A stretch of 64,000 nucleotides of DNA from an uncultured Gemmatimonadaceae bacterium (GTDB lineage Bacteria; Gemmatimonadota; Gemmatimonadetes; Gemmatimonadales; Gemmatimonadaceae): contig CAWAGQ010000007.1 in NCBI GenBank assembly GCA_963781585.1, forward strand, positions 64,001-128,000, written 5' to 3'. Made by a program: the position numbers and the translations under genes. Below, in pieces: positions 57,109-64,000 of the stretch (position 1 is the first letter of the stretch; each line of letters opens with the position of its first letter). The notes below the pieces were generated by a model that saw only the letters and a list, made by a program, of their open reading frames with translations, searched no databases and was not told where the DNA came from.

Positions 57109-57456
57109 TCAACTCCCTTTCAGGCGGCGGCCGCGCCCAGACCGCTTCAAGCGTGTGTTGGGCCGCCGGCTACGCGTGCCCGGCTTCTGGTAGCGAAACT
57201 CGATGAGAAACACGCGTCGCCCACTCCCATGCTTGGCGATCTTGAGGAGTTCGATGACTCCGGCGAACCCCGAACGGCGGGCGAGCTCCGGGGTGATGTC
57301 GGCGATCGAGATCTCATAGAGAGACGTTACTACGATCTCCCCTGGAGGCAGGGAGTACCGACCCCCGACGCGGACGTGCGGCCGCTGCCAGAGTCGGACG
57401 CTGCACGTGATCTCCCCGCTGCGGATTCGGTCTCGCAAGCCCTTCAGGAATTGCAT
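57109..57456 (-). CDS. ASCH/PUA-domain protein
   Basis: MQFLKGLRDRIRSGEITCSVRLW..VRVGGRY..ITPELARRSGF. Confidence 0.8.
   Translation of the reverse strand: MQFLKGLRDRIRSGEITCSVRLWQRPHVRVGGRYSLPPGEIVVTSLYEISIADITPELARRSGFAGVIELLKIAKHGSGRRVFLIEFRYQKPGTRSRRPNTRLKRSGRGRRLKGS
57112..57163 (-). mobile_element. Degenerate integron attC left half-site (R'' plus L'')
   Basis: GCCCAAC-ACACG-CTTGAAGCGGTC (RYYYAAC-N5-L'' pattern) at the 3' end of ASCH; GTTAGGC core 8 bp upstream of the ASCH ATG; right half absent. Confidence 0.5.
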
Positions 57457-57515
57457 CGCCTGGTGCCTAACCAGCAGGATCCTGCCGGGTGAGCGTGTTC
57501 TTCACAGCCGGGACG

Positions 57516-58040
57516 TCACTTGAGCTTCGCGACCGCCTTCTTCATCACTCCGATGATCGGCTCGGTCGGGTTTCCGCTCCGCCGCAGCTCGATGGAGATG
57601 AAAGCGGTCCCCTTGATGACATGGAGCTCTGCGTGCTTGTCGTCATACCAGCACGCGAGGTCGCCCAGGCCGGCGAGGCCATCCTTGCCCTTCTTGTCGC
57701 ACATGATCCCACTGTACATCGGCACCGAGCTCGCCGGCAGACGCGTCAGGTTCAATTGGATAGAGTGAATGCCGGACCCCGTGTACTCGCAACCCGACAC
57801 GGTGGCACCGGCCCCATCCGACATGGGGCCAATCGCCTTGGGCCCCGTGACGGCTTCGCCCAGGGCCGTGGCGGCATCCTCCCTGGTCAGCAGCGAGCAG
57901 GCGTCGTCCGGAGCGAGCGCCCTGGCGGCTGCCAGCGAGATCCAGGACGAGGACATCATCAGGGTGGCAGTAATGGTCAAGCGGGCTGAGAGAATTGCGC
58001 TTCGCACGTTGGCTCCTCGCGTCACATTGCCGATCGGCAT
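57516..58040 (-). CDS. Secreted Cys-containing hypothetical protein (start uncertain)
   Basis: DACSLLT..ALGE, GCEY, GLGDLA..LHVIKG pattern after a signal-like segment. Confidence 0.65.
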   Translation of the reverse strand: MPIGNVTRGANVRSAILSARLTITATLMMSSSWISLAAARALAPDDACSLLTREDAATALGEAVTGPKAIGPMSDGAGATVSGCEYTGSGIHSIQLNLTRLPASSVPMYSGIMCDKKGKDGLAGLGDLACWYDDKHAELHVIKGTAFISIELRRSGNPTEPIIGVMKKAVAKLK

Positions 58041-58118
58041 CGTGGATGGTGTGAATCCCAGGACGAGTCGTGGCCTCAGGGAAGCATGATGAGGTGTCCC
58101 GGACCCCGAACAGACCGC

Positions 58119-59138
58119 TTACCGCTGGGAGCCCCAGGCAGGCGTGAGCGATGCGGACCGCGTAAGGCGAACCGGCGGCTGGCCTCCATCGTCGACGCTA
58201 TAGACCGCATCGAACCCATCGCGCCCCGATATGAACGCGATGCGCGTGCCATCCTGCGACCACGTGTAACTCCCGTCGTACGCGGGCGAACTCGCGAGCC
58301 GTGAACGCACACCATCAGAGAGCCGCACCACGCCGATTTCATAATTCTCACGGTCGGCGATCTGAAAAACGATGCGTGAACCGTCGGGTGACCACAGGGG
58401 TGGGTCCCTGGTCACGCTTGCCCCGGTCGTAAGGCGTTTGAGAGTCCGCCCGTCCGTGTCTATTGCATAAAGGTCCCGATCGGAAACAAAGACCAGGGCT
58501 TTTCCATCGGGAGACCACCGCGGCGCCACCGCCCCTGCGGCATTGTTCGTGAGTCGCCGCGCGCCGCTTCCCTCGGCACTCATGACGTAGATCTGCGAGG
58601 TACCATCGCGCGTCGACGAGAACGCCAACTGCGTATCGTCCGGAGACCAGCTCGGGTCGCGGTTCTCCCCTTGAGACGACGTCACCTGCTTCACCTGGCC
58701 AGATGATGCATCGACGGCAAAAATCTCGACATTGCTATCCGTCACCGCGGCAAATGCGATTCGTCTGCTGTCCGAAGACCAACCGCGGGTCGACTTCACG
58801 ACGAGGTGTGAGGCGAGGCGTTTCTGGTTGGTCCCGTCCGAATCCATGACCCAGAGTTCCCACGTGCCTCCGGCCAGCGAGCAGAACGCGATCCGTCGCC
58901 GGTCGGGAGACCAGAGCGGGAATCGATCCTCCACGTTTCGCCGCGTGAGCCGAGTTTGATTTCGCCCAGCGGCGTCCATCACGTAGACTTCCCAGTTGCC
59001 GTCACGACGGGACGCAAACGCGATATCAGCTGACGACGCCCTGACGGCACCGCTAGCTGCAGGGGTGGATGGTTGCGAGAGTGCAAACCAGGCTGCGTAC
59101 ACGGCGACGGCGGCGGCGCTGGCCAAGCGCATTGTCAT
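58119..59138 (-). CDS. TolB-like PD40 repeat beta-propeller
   Basis: IAFASRRDGNWEVYVM; six repeats of W-S-x-D. Confidence 0.9.
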   Translation of the reverse strand: MTMRLASAAAVAVYAAWFALSQPSTPAASGAVRASSADIAFASRRDGNWEVYVMDAAGRNQTRLTRRNVEDRFPLWSPDRRRIAFCSLAGGTWELWVMDSDGTNQKRLASHLVVKSTRGWSSDSRRIAFAAVTDSNVEIFAVDASSGQVKQVTSSQGENRDPSWSPDDTQLAFSSTRDGTSQIYVMSAEGSGARRLTNNAAGAVAPRWSPDGKALVFVSDRDLYAIDTDGRTLKRLTTGASVTRDPPLWSPDGSRIVFQIADRENYEIGVVRLSDGVRSRLASSPAYDGSYTWSQDGTRIAFISGRDGFDAVYSVDDGGQPPVRLTRSASLTPAWGSQR

Positions 59139-59159
59139 GGTGCCCTCCGTTCTCGTGGG

Positions 59160-59570
59160 TTATTCCTCTGCCATGGCGAGCAGAGCCTTCCACTGCGGCG
59201 CCGTCACCGGCATCACCGAAAGCCGGGGAATTCGCGTGAGGGCGAAATCGGCGAACCGCGTGTCCGCCTTGACCTGTCGCAGGGTGACCACCTGGGGCAC
59301 CGCCCGCACCGGCTGGAGATCCACCACGACCAGCTTCTCGTCGTGCGCTGCGGGATCCGGATACGCCGCTCTCGTCACCCGCGCAATCCCCACGATCGCC
59401 TTCTCGTCGCCGGTGTGATAGATGAATGCCTGATCGCCTTTCTGCATCGCCCGCAGATTACGGAGCGCCACCGGGTTCCTGACTCCGTCCCAGGTGGTTC
59501 GCTTCTCACCTTCGAGGTCCTGGTACGAGTAGGTCGAGGGCTCGGTCTTGAGCAGCCAATAAGCCGGCAT
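59160..59570 (-). CDS. EVE domain protein
   Basis: YWLLKTEP, WDGVRN, GDQAFIYH, AYPDP, RLSVMPV. Confidence 0.93.
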   Translation of the reverse strand: MPAYWLLKTEPSTYSYQDLEGEKRTTWDGVRNPVALRNLRAMQKGDQAFIYHTGDEKAIVGIARVTRAAYPDPAAHDEKLVVVDLQPVRAVPQVVTLRQVKADTRFADFALTRIPRLSVMPVTAPQWKALLAMAEE

Positions 59571-59803
59571 CGTCTGTGTCCGGTGCAAGAGCACAAGACG
59601 TTACTCCATGCCGCCATCTCCGACAATCCTGCACCACCGGAAATCGGCCGCTCGAGGTTGCCAGACAGGACGCCTCGTCGCGCCACGTTGCGACCGCTGT
59701 ACCTTCGCCCGCCTTGCGCGCCAGGCCTTCCGTCACGACACCTCGCGACGACAAGTTTGAATTCCGGCGGTACCAACACTGGCCGTCTTTGCGAGGACAG
59801 ATC

Positions 59804-61501
59804 ATGCGCCACGTTCCCGTGCTCGCCACCGCGCTCGCGGTCGTCTCACTGGCGGCCCTCCCCGTCGCGGCGCAGCAGGTAACCGTCACGCTCGACCGCT
59901 CGGTGGCCAGCGGTCCGACCACGGGACGTCTCTTCGTCATCTTCGGCCGCACGGACACGCGCGAGCCGCGCTTCCAGGCCGGCAGCTACGGCGGCAGCGT
60001 CCCCTTCTATGGAATGGACGTCGAAGGGTTGAAGCCAGGCGCGGCGACCATCGTCGGCCCGCATGTGCCCGGGTTTCCCTTCGAGGACATGGCGCACATG
60101 CCGGCCGGTGAATACGACGCGCAGGCGGTGCTCAATGTCTACACGCAGTTCCACCGCGCTGACGGCCACACGGTCTGGGTGCACGCCGACCAGTGGGAAG
60201 GGCAGCACTGGGCCTCATCGCCGGGGAACCTGGTGAGCGAGGTCGTGAAGGTGCACTTCGATCCCAAGTCGCCTGACGTGGTCCACCTGGCGCTCACGAA
60301 GAAGCTGCCCCCGGTCGCCCTGCCGTCGGACACGCGCTGGGTGAAGCACGTCAGGATGAAGAGCGAGATGCTGTCGACGTTCTGGGGCGCGCCGGTATAC
60401 CTCGGCGCCACGGTGCTCCTCCCGCAGCGCTTCGACTCGACGTCGAGCGAGCGCTACCCGGCGATCTACAGTCAGGGACATTTCGGACTGGGCGCACCGT
60501 TCGGCTTCGTCGATCCGGATGAGTCTGACGCGGGGCGCGGTGGCCGCGGCGGCGGGCGCGGACGTGGCGGTGAGCCGAGCGTGTGGGATCCGGTGCCCAC
60601 CAGCGCCCGCGAGAGCGGATCGGAATTCGCCAGGGCGTGGACGAGCGACGGATTCCCGCGGTTCGTCGCCATCACCTGGCAGCATCCCACGCCGTACTAC
60701 GACGACTCCTACGCGGTGAACTCGGTGAACAACGGGCCCTATCAGGACGCGCTGCTCACCGAACTGGTGCCCGAACTCGAGCGGCGGTTCCACCTGATCC
60801 CCGACGCCAACGCGCGCTTCCTGACGGGTGGATCCACCGGCGGCTGGGAGTGCGCTGCGCTCCAGATCCAGCGACCGGACTTCTTCGGCGGCGCGTGGTG
60901 CCTGTATCCCGATCCGGTCGACTTCCGGCGCAACCAGACCGTCGACATCTACACGGACTCGAACGCGTTCTTCCCCAACAACGCCCGGCCGCCGGTCCCG
61001 GAACGGTCGATGAGCCGGACGCCGGAGGGGCAGGATCTCCTCTCCTTTCGCCTGATGAGTCGTCTCGAGGCGGTGTTAGGCAGCAAGGCGCGGAGCGGAC
61101 AGCAATTCGATGCCTGGGACGCCGCGTACGGACCAGTCGGCGGCGACGGATACCCGGAGCGCCTCTGGGACCGTGCGACCGGTGTGATCGACAAGAGCGT
61201 CGCCGCGTACTGGCGCGATCACGGCGACGACCTGACGTGGAACCTTCGGCAGAATTGGTCCACCATCGGGCCGCAGCTGACGGGCAAGATGCACGTCTAC
61301 GTCGGTGACATGGACAACTACTACCTGAACCTCGCCGTGTACCTGATGGAGCAGGAGTCGACGAAACTCGCGAATCCGCCGGCGAACTTCACCTTCGAGT
61401 ACGGCCGGCCGATGAAGCCGCACGGGTGGCAGCCGTTCACCAACGCGGAGCTGGTGCGGATGATGGATGCCTTCCGTCGGACGCGGGTGACGGTGCCCTG
61501 A
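59804..61501 (+). CDS. Secreted alpha/beta-hydrolase-fold putative esterase
   Basis: GAGG RBS, signal peptide, DSYAVNSVNNGPY, GGSTGGW nucleophile elbow, GDMDNY, PHGW. Confidence 0.85.
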   Translation: MRHVPVLATALAVVSLAALPVAAQQVTVTLDRSVASGPTTGRLFVIFGRTDTREPRFQAGSYGGSVPFYGMDVEGLKPGAATIVGPHVPGFPFEDMAHMPAGEYDAQAVLNVYTQFHRADGHTVWVHADQWEGQHWASSPGNLVSEVVKVHFDPKSPDVVHLALTKKLPPVALPSDTRWVKHVRMKSEMLSTFWGAPVYLGATVLLPQRFDSTSSERYPAIYSQGHFGLGAPFGFVDPDESDAGRGGRGGGRGRGGEPSVWDPVPTSARESGSEFARAWTSDGFPRFVAITWQHPTPYYDDSYAVNSVNNGPYQDALLTELVPELERRFHLIPDANARFLTGGSTGGWECAALQIQRPDFFGGAWCLYPDPVDFRRNQTVDIYTDSNAFFPNNARPPVPERSMSRTPEGQDLLSFRLMSRLEAVLGSKARSGQQFDAWDAAYGPVGGDGYPERLWDRATGVIDKSVAAYWRDHGDDLTWNLRQNWSTIGPQLTGKMHVYVGDMDNYYLNLAVYLMEQESTKLANPPANFTFEYGRPMKPHGWQPFTNAELVRMMDAFRRTRVTVP

Positions 61502-61573
61502 GTCGGGCCGCACCCGTCCGGGGGTCGACTCCGCTTTCGGATTTCGCTCGGCCTGCGTCCTGCCCGGAGCCGA

Positions 61574-62518
61574 TCACCTGTCTCTGCCCCGCACCAGGTA
61601 CAGCTTCTGATTCGCGTAGTCGATCTCCACACGGAACTGCTCCAGCACGTTTCCCGCCAGCGAACCCTCGATCGGAGCCGCCATCATCCGCGACATGTAC
61701 TTCTCGAACACACCCTCCTGCTGTGAGGTCACCCCGGCGTCGGACACTTGCTGGCCGCCCCACTCCAGCGCCGGCAGGAACATCGTCTCGAGTGTCTGCC
61801 CGCCGAGCGTGGCGGCGTCGCCATACGCACCGGCATACCGCTTCCAGTCCGGATGGGCCGCGCCCCACGATTTCAGAAGCGCCTCCGACACCATCGTGAA
61901 CGACGCGCCCGTATCCAGCAGCATGCCGTGCACGTTCCCGTCCACCAGAATCTCGGTGCGTGCGAATCCGCTCCGTGGGTTGACCGCCATCGCGAGCGCG
62001 GCGCCGCGCGGCGTGAGCACCCCGGGTCTGGCCAGTGTCAGCGTGCGCGCCGGATAGTCGAACACCACGTGGTATTGCGACAACACGTGACCGGGGATCA
62101 TCCCATCCGCCTGCGCTCCGGAGGCTGTGGTCATGATATTCGTGCTTCCGATCGCCACGGCCACGCGCTGCGGGTTGAGCTGGAGCGGGAAGCCGTCGAT
62201 TCGCACGTCGGGCACCCGCGACGGCGCCGCGAACACGCCGTCCTCCCCACGCTGCGGGGTCCCCCACGTCAGGCCCAGGTCGCGCGCGAGAGGCTCGACG
62301 ATGATGAATGCGCCGCCGCCGGTGTCGAGCAGCAAACGCGCGGTGCGGGTGGTGCCGTCGGCCCGGCGGAACGTGACGTCGACGAACGGCCGATGATTGA
62401 CCATCACGAGGGGCACCGTGACGGCGTTCGGTGCGGTCTGGGCGCTCGCATGCGAGACCGGCGCCGGGATGAGCGGCACCAAAAGGAGCGGGATCAGTCT
62501 CTGTCTCGCGGTGCGCAT
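61574..62518 (-). CDS. Secreted two-domain retropepsin-like aspartyl protease
   Basis: Signal peptide, LLDTGGG and LLDTGAS, DGMIPG..VFDY, GSLAG..IDY. Confidence 0.85.
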   Translation of the reverse strand: MRTARQRLIPLLLVPLIPAPVSHASAQTAPNAVTVPLVMVNHRPFVDVTFRRADGTTRTARLLLDTGGGAFIIVEPLARDLGLTWGTPQRGEDGVFAAPSRVPDVRIDGFPLQLNPQRVAVAIGSTNIMTTASGAQADGMIPGHVLSQYHVVFDYPARTLTLARPGVLTPRGAALAMAVNPRSGFARTEILVDGNVHGMLLDTGASFTMVSEALLKSWGAAHPDWKRYAGAYGDAATLGGQTLETMFLPALEWGGQQVSDAGVTSQQEGVFEKYMSRMMAAPIEGSLAGNVLEQFRVEIDYANQKLYLVRGRDR

Positions 62519-62568
62519 GGTCGCTGCCGGTTCAGGGAAGGAGGGATTCGAATGCCCGTGAAGCCACG

Positions 62569-63999
62569 TTACCTGACCTGCTGCCTGCCGTAGCGCAGGG
62601 CGAAGTCGGGAATTGGTCGCGTCAGCGCCGGCGCATCCTTCACCGCGGCGAGCATCCATGCTGTGGCGAAGATCGTCTGCGTCACGCGCGTCATGCGCCG
62701 GATGTCGAGCTTGGACGCTTCGTCCCCGACGCGATGATAGTCCTCGTGCGTGCCGTTCATCCAGTTCACGGTGATCACGCCGCGCTCGAGCAGCGGTGCC
62801 GCGTCGGTGCGCGGATAGAAGAACTCCTGCGTCGCGACGTCGAAGCGGTGATCGAGCCCGATGGCAAGGTACTCGGCGTTGGTCCGCTCGAGAAGCGAGT
62901 CCAGTGACGAGCTGAGGACGCGCGGCCCCGCCAGCTGAATCTCGTCCGGCCCGGCGAGATCCTCCTCCATTGGCACGTTTGTCCCAGGCGCCTTGCTGCG
63001 GCCGATCATGTCGACGTTGTAGTACGCCACGACGCGGTCGAGCGGCACCGGCGGATGCGTCGTGAAATATCGTGACCCCCAGAGTGCTTCCTCCTCGCCG
63101 CTGTCCCAGAGGAACACGACGGTGCGGCGCGGGCGCGGTGCGCGCATCATTGCGCCGGCAACGGCCAGGAGCGCGACGCTGCCGGACGCGTTGTCGTCCG
63201 CCGCGTTGAAGATGGAATCCGCTGGGGTGCGCCGGACACCGATCGCCCCGTCGAGGTGCGCGCCGAGGACCACGGCTCCGTCGGCCGGGCCCCCGGAGCC
63301 GGGCACGATCGCCACCACGTTGCACGGCCGGAACACCTCGGCCGACGCGACGCCGATGTGGATCGTGGCCTTGCGCGTCTCGGGGAACGCGTACGACGGC
63401 GGATAGTCGCGGTTCACTTCCGCATTGGCGGCTCGCGTGGAACCACCCGGGAGGCCGGCCAGCAGAACCGTGGCGAACGCGGGCGTCACCTCCACGACGG
63501 GCACGGGCGCCGTGGCGTACGCCGACGGCACGGCTGGATACAGTTCTGTCGATTCACGCGCTCGTTCAACCATGAACGGGCTCTTCCACAACGCGACTCG
63601 GGACGCAGCGGCGATCTGGATTACCGCCGGCGCGTGCAGTTCCGGCGCCAGGTCCTCCGCCGCACTCCACTCCGTCAGGTACATGCCGAGCGACTCGAAC
63701 GACTCATCCTTCGGCATGGCAAGCGGGCCGTTGGCGACGAGGGCGCGGCCGACGGTCGCCACGTCGCGGTACGGATCGAGCTTCTTCGCCGGCGCGCGAA
63801 CGCCGTGCTGCACATACGTGAATGGCAGCGTCCACGTGCCGGAATCCGTGAACGACCATACGATGAAGTCGCGACCCGGCACGTAGCGACGACCGCCGAA
63901 GTCGATGAATGTCGCGGCAGAATCCAGCCGTAGCCGTCGCGTCGTGTAGTGTTGGCACCACCCGCCGCTGTCGCCGGCCGGGGTGAGACCGAGTTGGGC
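62569..63999 (-). CDS. M28 family metallopeptidase (5' end outside window)
   Basis: NVVAIVPG, GAHLD, NAADDNASG, SGEE, NVDMIGR, RTD, DYH; frame open to window edge. Confidence 0.9.
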   Translation of the reverse strand, partial: AQLGLTPAGDSGGWCQHYTTRRLRLDSAATFIDFGGRRYVPGRDFIVWSFTDSGTWTLPFTYVQHGVRAPAKKLDPYRDVATVGRALVANGPLAMPKDESFESLGMYLTEWSAAEDLAPELHAPAVIQIAAASRVALWKSPFMVERARESTELYPAVPSAYATAPVPVVEVTPAFATVLLAGLPGGSTRAANAEVNRDYPPSYAFPETRKATIHIGVASAEVFRPCNVVAIVPGSGGPADGAVVLGAHLDGAIGVRRTPADSIFNAADDNASGSVALLAVAGAMMRAPRPRRTVVFLWDSGEEEALWGSRYFTTHPPVPLDRVVAYYNVDMIGRSKAPGTNVPMEEDLAGPDEIQLAGPRVLSSSLDSLLERTNAEYLAIGLDHRFDVATQEFFYPRTDAAPLLERGVITVNWMNGTHEDYHRVGDEASKLDIRRMTRVTQTIFATAWMLAAVKDAPALTRPIPDFALRYGRQQVR

Positions 64000-64000
64000 C

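Noticed and set aside
1..64000. CRISPR array, tRNA/rRNA, IS or prophage
   Set aside because: I saw no regularly spaced repeats, cloverleaf or rRNA-like tracts, or transposase, integrase or phage structural motifs. A covariance search was not possible.

Overview
High-GC (roughly two-thirds G+C by eye) accessory region of a diderm bacterium. Four ADOP-type orphan permeases, a PadR, TolB-like and VPS10/BNR propellers, an M56-TonB fusion and Tat substrates suggest Gemmatimonadota or Acidobacteriota (inference). About 55 intact genes are present, mostly single and functionally unrelated (hydrolases, methyltransferases, VOC, DinB, a TA pair, regulators), interspersed with at least 8 gene relics. 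I found no rRNA, tRNA, CRISPR, integrase or transposase. Highlights: (1) a complete, translationally coupled, permuted D-alanylation operon dltC-dltD-dltX-dltA-dltB, including a 43-aa dltX missed by the ORF track, in an organism not expected to make teichoic acids; (2) a soluble Ser/Thr kinase fused to a BRCT domain; (3) an over-used heptamer GTTAGGC/GCCTAAC (14 copies counted by eye, matching the integron core site), plus an attC half-site around an ASCH gene; (4) several operator palindromes, including a 3-member ACTTTG-N5-CAAAGT-like candidate regulon; (5) leaderless-type promoters and RGG-rich inserts in secreted enzymes. Start codons were re-picked by eye where the ORF track over-extends.
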